Of a stretch of 41,232 nt of DNA, positions 32,027-40,805 are shown piece by piece. The stretch's first letter is position 1. Each line of letters starts with the position of its first letter. Below the pieces are notes generated by a model. It made no database searches. It was given only the letters and a program-made list of their open reading frames with translations, and was not told where the DNA came from. Made by a program: the position numbers and the translations under genes. The stretch comes from a virus (lineage: Duplodnaviria; Heunggongvirae; Uroviricota; Caudoviricetes), in the IMG/VR virus record IMGVR_UViG_3300028832_002797; one strand, 5' to 3'.

Positions 32027-32266
32027 TTAATGAGCATTTTCAGTGAGCTGAAGACTGACGCCATCTGTCGGCATATCAGGAACCTTAACAGTAAGGTCCT
32101 TATAATTTACCGATACCGGATTAGGCATATAAACGTTGACGGATTCAAGAGATTTAACCGACTTAACTTCTTTGCTCTTGCTGTATGCTTGACCACCGAA
32201 ATAAACGGCAGCAGAAATACCAAGCAAGGCAACTGTTGAAACCGTAATCTTAATATATGTATTCAT
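32027..32266 (-). CDS. Hypothetical membrane-anchored protein
   Basis: N-terminal hydrophobic helix. Confidence 0.55.
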   Translation of the reverse strand: MNTYIKITVSTVALLGISAAVYFGGQAYSKSKEVKSVKSLESVNVYMPNPVSVNYKDLTVKVPDMPTDGVSLQLTENAH

Positions 32267-32301
32267 TTAGTTTCCTTATTAATTATTCAATTAACGATGT
32301 A

Positions 32302-32330
32302 AATATAGCAATATTTTCACCGGTTGTCAA
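32302..32330 (-). promoter_or_regulatory. Sigma70-like promoter TTGACA-N17-TATATT
   Basis: Consensus match. Confidence 0.8.
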
Positions 32331-32336
32331 TGGTTT

Positions 32337-32621
32337 TTATCTAAACACCTGAGGAACTACCGAATAATTTGTAATGGTGTTGTTGTTACCATTAATTATC
32401 GTAGTCGTGCTTGCAGGAACCAAGTTACGGTTTTTATATTCTTCGATACTTATAGCCATTGCTTTCAGACGCTGTTCTTTGACAAGTGCACGATTATCTT
32501 CGTTTGCGATGTCATTAGCAATAAGAATAGTGCCTACGGAAAAAGCAGCGATTGCAAGGCCGATAAAAAGGGTTGCAATTTGCTTAGAGTCATAGTGGTC
32601 TCTGGAAGATGTAGTACGCAT
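32337..32621 (-). CDS. Hypothetical membrane protein
   Basis: One TM segment. Confidence 0.55.
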   Translation of the reverse strand: MRTTSSRDHYDSKQIATLFIGLAIAAFSVGTILIANDIANEDNRALVKEQRLKAMAISIEEYKNRNLVPASTTTIINGNNNTITNYSVVPQVFR

Positions 32622-32625
32622 GTGA

Positions 32626-33135
32626 TTACTTCCTTAAAAATGTATCGATTTTATTTAATGCACCACCAAGATGCGAGTTAATATAACGTTCATTATCTAT
32701 ATCCTGATTTTCTTTCTTGGTTTTGTATCTTGACCTGATTGAAAACAGATATGCTAAGCTTTCATATAACGGCAAGAAGAAATACCAGTAAGTAGGAGAA
32801 TTACTTGATGTAACTCCAGAAATGAATGCCAATAATATAATATATGCACCCAAAAGTATGAATCGATAACAATACTGTGTAAGTACAGGAGTTACCTTAG
32901 TATATTCGATTGTCTTTTCGGAGTAATAAGAAGCATATACATCCTTTAATTCCGACTTTGAAAGTCCTGCCTTAATACGCATGCTCTGGAACATATCGTA
33001 CTTGCAATCGCAAAGTTCGTTGTCTTCTGCAGCAGTTTCGGTTTTATGAACAACTTTGTCCTGAGTCGGAATACCGGTTATGGCAAAGATAATACATAAT
33101 GCCAAAGCGATTTCAATTAAAATTTTCTTTACCAT
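32626..33135 (-). CDS. Hypothetical membrane protein
   Basis: Three hydrophobic segments. Confidence 0.55.
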   Translation of the reverse strand: MVKKILIEIALALCIIFAITGIPTQDKVVHKTETAAEDNELCDCKYDMFQSMRIKAGLSKSELKDVYASYYSEKTIEYTKVTPVLTQYCYRFILLGAYIILLAFISGVTSSNSPTYWYFFLPLYESLAYLFSIRSRYKTKKENQDIDNERYINSHLGGALNKIDTFLRK

Positions 33136-33692
33136 TCTTTGTCTTCCTCTCTGTGCGGTGTAAGAAACTGATTGTATTTGTTAAGCATATTCGTTTCCGG
33201 AGACTGCTTTCTCTTTTCTTTTCGTTCAGCTAACCATGCCTTAAAATTTGAAATATTCAAGATAGCTCTTTCAATAATGTCCTGAATGGAAGTAAAGAAT
33301 AAAACGCCTAATGTCAAAACTGTAATTACGAGTCCGACAGGAGATAAGAAAACATATCCCATCATGTAGAACGGATAGAACTTTCGTTGTTCATCAAAAT
33401 CACCATGACATCCCCATCCATGAGGATGACTGCATGTACATTTTAATGCACAAATAACAATCACAATAAGAAAACCAATATAGTAAAGAGTATATTGATA
33501 TACCCAAGGATTATCGTTGAGAGTATCTGCTCCACGAAGATCACCAACAAGCCCGATAATAGCTAATGTAATAAATACGACATTACCGACAGACGCTAAA
33601 ATGGTATTGACTAAAAACCATGTACTTGGCGTATCTTCGGCCCAAGTCTCATGCATTAAGTCATCATATAATTTTTCAAAGAATTCTCGCAT
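33129..33692 (-). CDS. Hypothetical membrane protein
   Basis: Three hydrophobic segments. Confidence 0.6.
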   Translation of the reverse strand: MREFFEKLYDDLMHETWAEDTPSTWFLVNTILASVGNVVFITLAIIGLVGDLRGADTLNDNPWVYQYTLYYIGFLIVIVICALKCTCSHPHGWGCHGDFDEQRKFYPFYMMGYVFLSPVGLVITVLTLGVLFFTSIQDIIERAILNISNFKAWLAERKEKRKQSPETNMLNKYNQFLTPHREEDKEW

Positions 33693-34006
33693 CAGTCTTC
33701 TTCCTCTTTTATAATGCTAATTTCTAATACTGTGAACTTATAGTCCTTAAAAAGTTTCTTGGTGAATCGTCGTATATCTCTAAGTTTCTTGCTTATATGA
33801 GTTTCAAACCATGACGGTTCAGGTTCGGGCGGCTTCGGTTTCGGTGGCTCAGGAGGTTTCAGTAACTTATTGAAATCACCGAGTACTTCTGGAAGTTTAT
33901 TATCAACAATCGCTTGTGCTAACAGATCCTTTTCGCCATGCTTTGCAACTATACGAACGATTACCAGCGTAAGAATCAAAAAGCCAATACTAATACAATA
34001 AAACAT
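33692..34006 (-). CDS. Hypothetical membrane protein with Pro-rich linker
   Basis: TM segment then KPPEPPKPKPPEPEP. Confidence 0.55.
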   Translation of the reverse strand: MFYCISIGFLILTLVIVRIVAKHGEKDLLAQAIVDNKLPEVLGDFNKLLKPPEPPKPKPPEPEPSWFETHISKKLRDIRRFTKKLFKDYKFTVLEISIIKEEED

Positions 34007-34007
34007 A

Positions 34008-34229
34008 TCAAACCTTTTTATTTCGTTCTTTAATCTGCTTTTGCAAGTTATTGACGACGATATTTAAATTTTCCTCAGTAATAGGTTTTCGAAGTTTCTT
34101 GAGAATTTCGCGAGCGACACGCAAAAGCTGCTTTTTGTCTGCGGTGTCTGCCTTAGATATTAACTGACTCCAAACTTTGTTCAAGTCCTTAATACCTTCA
34201 GTGTTATATCTATTAGGAAACTTCTCCAT
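34008..34229 (-). CDS. Hypothetical basic protein
   Basis: 73-aa ORF after a promoter. Confidence 0.55.
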   Translation of the reverse strand: MEKFPNRYNTEGIKDLNKVWSQLISKADTADKKQLLRVAREILKKLRKPITEENLNIVVNNLQKQIKERNKKV

Positions 34230-34238
34230 TACGTCGTA

Positions 34239-34267
34239 AATATAGTAAACATTTGCTTAATCGTCAA
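34239..34267 (-). promoter_or_regulatory. Sigma70-like promoter TTGACG-N17-TATATT
   Basis: Consensus match. Confidence 0.75.
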
Positions 34268-34271
34268 TATG

Positions 34272-34850
34272 TTATTTGCTCTTATTACCGTAATAGTCCT
34301 GTAACATATCCCAGTTTGCACCATAATCGAGAAGTTTTGCATTATTCCCCGTAAAACCCCAGGCTGTTATGCGGCAAATCTCAGTATTTGGGATATTAAA
34401 CTTATTCATGATAGCAGTTGTGTCTCTAATAAGCTTCTTTGTCTTCTCAGGAAGTTCAAGACGCTTGATATATTCTTTAGAACCGCCTACATGATAACCA
34501 AAATCGGCGAAATGAATCTTGTAAATGTCGGCAAACTTGTCGAATGTGAACTCACTGACATATTCTGAAATAATTGCATGGCCGTTATGGATATTCATAA
34601 ACGGTTCGGCAAGCGGATTCTTATTGCTTAAAGATAAAAACCAATCCCATTCGTTATTATTTTGAATAATACCTACGTCGAGATGTGCAATCTTGACAAC
34701 TTCATTGTCAGAAATTCGGAATACGGTCCTGGAAGAACCCTTGCCTATTTCTTCATAACCTTGACGCCAGAGTTCAGAACGAAGATCCTTATACTTCTTG
34801 ATGTCGTTATAGTTGTCAATCAAATCACTTATTTTTTTCTTATTTTTCAT
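34272..34850 (-). CDS. Protein kinase-like fold protein
   Basis: IGKGSSRTVF (Gly loop), VVKIA, NE, AWG, LLDYG (DFG-like). Confidence 0.6.
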   Translation of the reverse strand: MKNKKKISDLIDNYNDIKKYKDLRSELWRQGYEEIGKGSSRTVFRISDNEVVKIAHLDVGIIQNNNEWDWFLSLSNKNPLAEPFMNIHNGHAIISEYVSEFTFDKFADIYKIHFADFGYHVGGSKEYIKRLELPEKTKKLIRDTTAIMNKFNIPNTEICRITAWGFTGNNAKLLDYGANWDMLQDYYGNKSK

Positions 34851-34857
34851 TGTGTAT

Positions 34858-34897
34858 AATATAGAAAAAAGGCCCGTTCTTGTAAACGGGTCTTTTT
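34858..34897 (-). promoter_or_regulatory. Terminator-promoter cassette
   Basis: Stem AAAAAGACCCGTT/AACGGGCCTTTTT; TTTACA-N17-TATATT. Confidence 0.85.
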
Positions 34898-34915
34898 AAC
34901 TATATAGGAATCAAA

Positions 34916-36145
34916 TTAGTTATCGTGTTCAACACGCCACTTGATTGCACCCTTCAGATTCTGATGATATTCTTCATCCTTACCCATGAACTTACCATCG
35001 TCGTCAGATACCTTACAGACCGGAATGCCATTGACTTCGGTCAGCTTGATGACCTGGTTCATAGCCTTAAACCAGCCAGTATCGTTGAGCAACCAAGTAC
35101 CGATACCGAACGCAACCTTACAACGGAGGCTGAAACGCTGGAAGATGACTTCCGCCTTAGCGAAATCCAAGGAATCGGAGAACAAGAGAGTCTTGTCTGC
35201 ATACGAAACGCCAATCTTCATGTAATGGGCGAGCATCTTTTCACCCCATTCAATCGGATCTGCGGAGTCATGACGAACACCGCTGAAGAGGCGTGCATAG
35301 GTTTCAGTAAAGTCCTTCAAGAAGCAATCGGTTGTAATACAATCAGTCAGGTAAATACCGTTCTTGGTACCGTATTCCTTAATCCAATGCTTCATCATGT
35401 AAAGATTGGAATAAGCCGGGTTGTGCTGTGGCAAGCCCTGGCCAACGAGTTCGATAGCTTCATGAGCCATAGTTCCAATCGGCTTGGTACCGAAGAGGAA
35501 GCTAAAATAGACGTTAGAAGTACCGACAAACTTAGTGCCCTTGAACTGGAACTTGCTGAGGTACTGCAATGCCCATTCCTGGAATTCCTTGCAGAAACGA
35601 CGACGGGTACCGAATTCGGAGAATGCGCCAATCTTGATTTCTCCCTTGATAAGCTTGTCAACCTTTTCCATAAAGCGCTTCTTTGCATCTTCAATAATCT
35701 GTGCCTGTTCTTCCGGAGTATAGCTCATTCGGAACCAGACTTCAGACACGATAGACATGACCGGAACTTCATGGTAAGAAACGTCAACATTATAACCGCG
35801 GAAATGAATTTCCGGTTGCTGGAGCTGTTCATCGAACACACAAGTAATTTCGTCACGGTCGATGGTATAACGCTGAAGGAAACGAACATAGTCATCCTTC
35901 ATGAAATCAATTCGCTTGAATCCCTGAAGTTCCCACGAAGTGTAACGGAGCTTGGAATACAAATCAATCTGATAATTGATTTCATCAATCATTTCGCGAG
36001 TGAACTTTCGGTTCGGGTCGCGGTTCTTATAGGTCCATTCCACCTTCATGTCGTGGAACTGATGGACGAACATCTGACCCATAGTGTACTTATAGAAGTC
36101 ATTGTCCGTCAAATGTGTAATGATTTGAGGCAAGTGATTTGTCAT
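34916..36145 (-). CDS. pncB: Nicotinate phosphoribosyltransferase
   Basis: TDNDFYKYTM, EFGTRRR, GTSNV, GTMAHE, GVRHDSADP, FSDSL, FGIGT, KVSDDDGK. Confidence 0.93.
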   Translation of the reverse strand: MTNHLPQIITHLTDNDFYKYTMGQMFVHQFHDMKVEWTYKNRDPNRKFTREMIDEINYQIDLYSKLRYTSWELQGFKRIDFMKDDYVRFLQRYTIDRDEITCVFDEQLQQPEIHFRGYNVDVSYHEVPVMSIVSEVWFRMSYTPEEQAQIIEDAKKRFMEKVDKLIKGEIKIGAFSEFGTRRRFCKEFQEWALQYLSKFQFKGTKFVGTSNVYFSFLFGTKPIGTMAHEAIELVGQGLPQHNPAYSNLYMMKHWIKEYGTKNGIYLTDCITTDCFLKDFTETYARLFSGVRHDSADPIEWGEKMLAHYMKIGVSYADKTLLFSDSLDFAKAEVIFQRFSLRCKVAFGIGTWLLNDTGWFKAMNQVIKLTEVNGIPVCKVSDDDGKFMGKDEEYHQNLKGAIKWRVEHDN

Positions 36146-36166
36146 TTTCAGTTTCCTTTTTAGTAG

Positions 36167-36514
36167 TTAGTCGTTAAAATACGGTTGAAGAGCAACGATA
36201 TACCCGTCAAGAGGCTTATCACATTCGTTTTCCGCTTCCAGACAACGCTTGTAAAAGTCCTCCTTATAGTATTTGGACTTTTCCTTGAAGCAGAGTTCAT
36301 AAAGTTCATTTACGAGCTTGTAACGGTGCATCTTGGCGTCATTTCGAGAATGACCGATAAGATAGTTCAAGCTACGCTTGAGCTTCTTCGGCTTTTCAGC
36401 CAGACATTCATGGAGATAACGTGCACACTGTTGATATTGCTGGCATGCAAGATAGCGACCGATGTTTTCATTGATGGTATGATCCGGTCCAAAGAGTTGT
36501 TGGAATACGCCCAT
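36167..36514 (-). CDS. Hypothetical protein between pncA and pncB
   Basis: 115-aa ORF with stop/start overlap. Confidence 0.6.
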   Translation of the reverse strand: MGVFQQLFGPDHTINENIGRYLACQQYQQCARYLHECLAEKPKKLKRSLNYLIGHSRNDAKMHRYKLVNELYELCFKEKSKYYKEDFYKRCLEAENECDKPLDGYIVALQPYFND

Positions 36515-37113
36515 TATGCAGCCTCACGGAGAACGGTGATTTGACAGCTTTCCATAACCTTGAGAGCCGCTTCATGAAGTTCCGGTGTAACACCAGCACA
36601 GCAGTTTTCGACAACTGTAATCTTCATGTTCGGGAAGAGTGCCCGGAGCATAAGAGCATTGGAAACGACACAAATATCTGTACAAAAACCGAAGAGTTCA
36701 ATTTCTTCAAATTCGAAGTCCTTGAGATAATCCTTCCAGCCAGTCCAGCCAAAGGTATACTTGTCGATAGCGAAGAACTTCTTCTGTCCGTTTTTATCCT
36801 TTTCACGAAGAACTTCGAGAAGTTCAGGATGAATTTCCCAACCCGGAGTAAGCTTGATACAATGAGCCGGAAGACCTGCAAACTTATGTTCGTAGGAATC
36901 TTCATAAGCGATTCCTTCTGCAGGAGGCCAGTTGCTTTCAACCTGGACCTTATTGAAATGTGTATCATGTGTAGCGATAGTTACGCCATCATGCTGGCGA
37001 ATACGCTGTTTAAGATTAGGAAGCTTCTTTTGAGCTTCAGTATTAGGCAGAGCACCGTCAATAAAGTCGGTCTGCCCGTCAATCAAAATTTGAAGAATCT
37101 TTGTTTTAATCAT
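36514..37113 (-). CDS. pncA: Nicotinamidase (isochorismatase/cysteine hydrolase family)
   Basis: IDGQTDF, HDTH, AHC, IDKYTFG, GFCTDICV (Asp/Lys/Cys triad and metal ligands); linked to pncB. Confidence 0.88.
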   Translation of the reverse strand: MIKTKILQILIDGQTDFIDGALPNTEAQKKLPNLKQRIRQHDGVTIATHDTHFNKVQVESNWPPAEGIAYEDSYEHKFAGLPAHCIKLTPGWEIHPELLEVLREKDKNGQKKFFAIDKYTFGWTGWKDYLKDFEFEEIELFGFCTDICVVSNALMLRALFPNMKITVVENCCAGVTPELHEAALKVMESCQITVLREAA

Positions 37114-37126
37114 AGTTTATTCCTTT

Positions 37127-37312
37127 TTAATTTTCAATGTCCCAGTAAAATAAAGTAAATTTAGAAATCTTCGTATGGGTTGATTCCATTTCGTTTGAAC
37201 TTTCAGTTACTGACAATACGTCTTCACGAGAAATTTTATTTTCCTCGATGAATAAACCTATATTTTCAGGATTAGTGAAAGTTTCAAACTTTAATTTCTT
37301 TTTCTTTTTCAT
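37127..37312 (-). CDS. Hypothetical protein
   Basis: 61-aa ORF in array. Confidence 0.5.
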   Translation of the reverse strand: MKKKKKLKFETFTNPENIGLFIEENKISREDVLSVTESSNEMESTHTKISKFTLFYWDIEN

Positions 37313-37315
37313 AAT

Positions 37316-37669
37316 TTACTTCTTATCAACTAAAATTTCTTTTACCTTGGCGATAAAGTCAGCTTCAGAAATTTCTTCCCATGTAGTCGTATCTACGAAA
37401 ATCCACGGTTCGTCGTACTGGCGAGCCATGACCCACTGACCATTCTTATTCTTTTCAGGAATTTCTCTGGGAGTAATTGCGACATACGATTTACGGTGAT
37501 GATATTCGGGCATAAGTCCCTGATGTAAATCAACAATAGCCGGATGTGTTCTGTCTGCCGGAACGACATGACTTTTCATGACAGACTTAAGCTGTGCCTT
37601 TTCAGGGAGGTCAAGATGTTTACGTAAATATGCTTCCGCTTCAATGAAATCATTAAAAATCGTTTTCAT
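37316..37669 (-). CDS. Hypothetical protein
   Basis: Start moved to MKTIF, downstream of the promoter at 37677-37705. Confidence 0.6.
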   Translation of the reverse strand: MKTIFNDFIEAEAYLRKHLDLPEKAQLKSVMKSHVVPADRTHPAIVDLHQGLMPEYHHRKSYVAITPREIPEKNKNGQWVMARQYDEPWIFVDTTTWEEISEADFIAKVKEILVDKK

Positions 37670-37676
37670 GCAGTAA

Positions 37677-37705
37677 AATATAGTAAAGAGTTTTTCTTTT
37701 GTAAA
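37677..37705 (-). promoter_or_regulatory. Sigma70-like promoter TTTACA-N17-TATATT
   Basis: Consensus match. Confidence 0.8.
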
Positions 37706-37737
37706 TACGTTTAGTGGAAAAAAGTTATAAATACTAT

Positions 37738-38094
37738 ATGAAATACGATTTTGCACACCCGAAATTTAAAAATGGCATGGTTACTTTTGCAGAAAAGAAA
37801 CCCGATTTGGTCTTTGAATTCCGTATGGCTGCCGCAAGACGCAAATATAACCTGCGTCAGGATATGTATCTTTACAATCCAAACGGCGAAAAGATGGCAA
37901 AGGTAGAAAACTTTGGTCACATGCTCCTAGTCACTATGCTCGGAGATTTCGATATGGGTTCTCACCGCATCCGTTCTAAGGCAGATATTGAAAGTTTCTT
38001 TAATATGTACGAAAGTACAGAACCTGAGTCAGACTATATGTCTCTGAATGAAGCCAAGCGAATTCTGAAAAATAACGGATTTATCCTTGATTAA
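37738..38094 (+). CDS. Hypothetical protein; only credible plus-strand gene in the window
   Basis: Fills a gap with no minus-strand ORF; TATAAATA at 37726-37733; ends at a bidirectional terminator. Confidence 0.7.
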   Translation: MKYDFAHPKFKNGMVTFAEKKPDLVFEFRMAAARRKYNLRQDMYLYNPNGEKMAKVENFGHMLLVTMLGDFDMGSHRIRSKADIESFFNMYESTEPESDYMSLNEAKRILKNNGFILD

Positions 38095-38096
38095 AA

Positions 38097-38123
38097 AGAA
38101 AACCGGCATTTAGCCGGTTTTTT
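38097..38123. terminator. Bidirectional intrinsic terminator
   Basis: AAAACCGGC/GCCGGTTTT between convergent genes. Confidence 0.85.
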
Positions 38124-38499
38124 AATCTAAATAATCAAGTGCTTTTTCGTTTTCATAACTATTAAATTTTGCACAAAATTTTTCGTAAGTAATTGTCGGA
38201 TCTTTTAACTGTTCATACATAAATTTAACATTTTGTCCGTTAGAACCATACCAGATGATAACTAAATCGTCATCATTGTTATAATTAATTACATCGGTAT
38301 AACTTTCTGTAACCCTAACTACAATATTGTTAATCTTATATCTATTCCAGGTACCATACGTCTCAAGTCCCATTTCAGCGAGATGATTTGAAATTGCGAA
38401 TTGGTTCGGATATTGCTTACGTATATTTTCAGGTATATCTAACACTACTTTTTGACCTTTACTGTTTTCCCGTCGACTGATATATCCAAGAGTTTCCAT
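38122..38499 (-). CDS. Hypothetical protein
   Basis: 125-aa ORF; start uncertain. Confidence 0.5.
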   Translation of the reverse strand: METLGYISRRENSKGQKVVLDIPENIRKQYPNQFAISNHLAEMGLETYGTWNRYKINNIVVRVTESYTDVINYNNDDDLVIIWYGSNGQNVKFMYEQLKDPTITYEKFCAKFNSYENEKALDYLD

Positions 38500-38678
38500 T
38501 TATCATAGAAATAAACTCTTACAAACTTTCGACCGGTATAATCCTGTTTGTATTCCCACTTCTTCGCATCGTTAATGATTTGCTCATAGCAGAAATTCGG
38601 ATTACAGATTTCAAGTACCAGTGGCTTAGAGAAACAAAGACCAAATAAAATCAAAATACAAAAAATAATCTTCTTCAT
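38445..38678 (-). CDS. Hypothetical exported protein
   Basis: MKKIIFCILILFGLCFS signal-like N-terminus. Confidence 0.55.
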   Translation of the reverse strand: MKKIIFCILILFGLCFSKPLVLEICNPNFCYEQIINDAKKWEYKQDYTGRKFVRVYFYDKWKLLDISVDGKTVKVKK

Positions 38679-38690
38679 ATTTTATTTATT

Positions 38691-39023
38691 TTATTTGAGG
38701 ATGTATTCTTTGCCGTTAATCATCATTATTTGCGGTTTTTCTTCTTTCTTTGGAATAACATCTCCGCTCGATGTATATTCAGTACGAACGGTATCGACAA
38801 TAGTGGAATAACCGCTATATTTTTCCGGATTTTTAACGTCATCTATACTGCTATTACCTGTAATAAATGCAAAACATGGGCCGACCACATTTTGCGCATG
38901 TGTATCGACAACTTGCACATGAAGTAAAAACGGAAAAATCCCAACCAATAAAGCGACTAAGACCATGCCGAAAGTAAATGATTCTGTACCAGAAGTTATC
39001 TTAATATACGGTCTAGTTTGCAT
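38691..39023 (-). CDS. Hypothetical membrane protein
   Basis: One TM segment. Confidence 0.55.
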   Translation of the reverse strand: MQTRPYIKITSGTESFTFGMVLVALLVGIFPFLLHVQVVDTHAQNVVGPCFAFITGNSSIDDVKNPEKYSGYSTIVDTVRTEYTSSGDVIPKKEEKPQIMMINGKEYILK

Positions 39024-39025
39024 AA

Positions 39026-39409
39026 TTAATGTTTCTCCTTAGTCAAAAGGTCATTAAACTTCGATAATGTCGAACTTGTTTTATCTTTAGTTATCGTATT
39101 TTTTGAAAAACGTACATAAATATTGGTCAAGAAAATCCAACTATTCAAAAATACAGGAAACTGAAATACACAAATTGAAAAGATAAAATATGGTACGGTA
39201 ATAACAATAGCGTTAAGAATGGACCAACCCAAATAGCATGTCCAAGAATGACGATGTGCAAAATAATAATATTCAGTTTTAATAATCGTGTCATTATTCA
39301 CGAACATGGTAATACATGTAGCAATGACACATAAACCAACACAGCAAAGGAGTTCACGCCATAATGCTGCCATATCATCTTCAGTTGATTTAAGCTGTAT
39401 AAATTCCAT
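39026..39409 (-). CDS. Hypothetical membrane protein
   Basis: Several hydrophobic segments, AAGGAG RBS. Confidence 0.6.
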   Translation of the reverse strand: MEFIQLKSTEDDMAALWRELLCCVGLCVIATCITMFVNNDTIIKTEYYYFAHRHSWTCYLGWSILNAIVITVPYFIFSICVFQFPVFLNSWIFLTNIYVRFSKNTITKDKTSSTLSKFNDLLTKEKH

Positions 39410-39433
39410 TATATCTCCTTAATTCACAACCGT

Positions 39434-39468
39434 AATATAGAAAAAGGTTGACTCATCGTCAACCCTTA
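39434..39468 (-). promoter_or_regulatory. Terminator-promoter cassette
   Basis: Stem AGGGTTGAC/GTCAACCTT plus T-tract; TTGACG-N17-TATATT. Confidence 0.85.
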
Positions 39469-39470
39469 TT

Positions 39471-40805
39471 TTAAACCAGGTCAATGAACTTCTTATAGCA
39501 TTTATACGCACTTTCAATATCGTCTACATGTGCAAGTTCCATAGGCGAGTGCATATTCAGAACCGGAACACCTGCATCGATAACGTTCATGTTAAAGTTA
39601 CAGTAAATACTTGCGATTGTTCCGCCACCTCCCTGGTCAACCTTACCCATTTCGTCGAATTGGAAAAGTTCACCGTCAAAGTGCTTTCGAAGTTTGGCAA
39701 TATATTCAGGAGTAGCGTCATTGGAACCAGCCTTACCGCGAGCTCCGTTATATTTGCTGAGCATCATGCCGTAACCAAGCTTTGCCGAAGTATGCTTGGA
39801 ATAAGCGTCAGCATAAAGCGGGTCATAAGCGGCGGTAACGTCAGAAGAAAGCATGTTGGAATTCGACAAGATATTCTTGAACATTTCGTAAGCACCTTCA
39901 TCGGTATATACGGAATGAGTCATAATCTTGTATAAGCAGGTTTCAAACCAATCAGAATGAGCACCAGTATTGCTGCAGGATCCAATTTCTTCCTTGTCAA
40001 CGAGGACAACACATGCAGTATTCTTCGGAATTCCATTGTAATCGAGGAGAGCTCGAAGAGAAGTATAGGCGCAAACACGGTCATCCTGACCATAACCGGC
40101 AACAAGGGATTTATCGAGACCACAATATGAAGCCTTTGCAGCAGGAACAAATTCGAGTTCAGCGGAATAGAAATCGTCTTCTTCAATATTGTATTTGTCT
40201 TTTAGGATATTCAAAACCAATGTCTTAGCAAGATCCTTTATGTCCTTACGTAAAAAACTATCCTTTTTACTGACGACGCCCGCAATAACATCTAGGTTTT
40301 CACCCTTTACAAACTCATCAGCCTTCTGAGTAGACATACGTTCAGAATCCAAATGCGGGAGAAGGTCAGTAATACAGAAAACCTGGTCGTTTTTGTCTTC
40401 ACCGATTTTAATCGTAATAGGAGTTCCATCTTTCTTGACAACGACACCATGTAAGGCGAGCGGAGTCGTAACCCATTGATACTTCTTGATACCGCCGTAA
40501 TAATGAGTATCAAAATATGCGATGTCGTCATTTTCAGTAAGTGCAGATTGCTTAACGTCAATACGTGGAGAGTCAATATGTGCACCAAGAATATTATATT
40601 CCGGATTTTCTCCAATAATAAAAGCGGCAAAATTTTTCTTTCGGTTGATAAAATAAACCTTATCGCCGGAATGATATGTCGAATTTTGATTAAAAGGCTG
40701 AAATCCTTTTTGAATAGCTAGCTTTTCAGCTTCAGCCACACATTCACGTTCTGTCTTACAATTACTCAAAAACTTGATATAGTCATCAGTTATTAGCATC
40801 ATCAA
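39471..40805 (-). CDS. M18-family aminopeptidase
   Basis: CKTERE, GAHIDSPR, YYGGIKKYQW, GQDDRVC, DKEEIGS, SSDVTA, GGGGTI, NMHSPME. Confidence 0.92.
   Translation of the reverse strand: MMMLITDDYIKFLSNCKTERECVAEAEKLAIQKGFQPFNQNSTYHSGDKVYFINRKKNFAAFIIGENPEYNILGAHIDSPRIDVKQSALTENDDIAYFDTHYYGGIKKYQWVTTPLALHGVVVKKDGTPITIKIGEDKNDQVFCITDLLPHLDSERMSTQKADEFVKGENLDVIAGVVSKKDSFLRKDIKDLAKTLVLNILKDKYNIEEDDFYSAELEFVPAAKASYCGLDKSLVAGYGQDDRVCAYTSLRALLDYNGIPKNTACVVLVDKEEIGSCSNTGAHSDWFETCLYKIMTHSVYTDEGAYEMFKNILSNSNMLSSDVTAAYDPLYADAYSKHTSAKLGYGMMLSKYNGARGKAGSNDATPEYIAKLRKHFDGELFQFDEMGKVDQGGGGTIASIYCNFNMNVIDAGVPVLNMHSPMELAHVDDIESAYKCYKKFIDLV

Noticed and set aside
34925-36163. 412-aa plus-strand ORF
   Set aside because: Exact antisense of pncB, which has all family motifs
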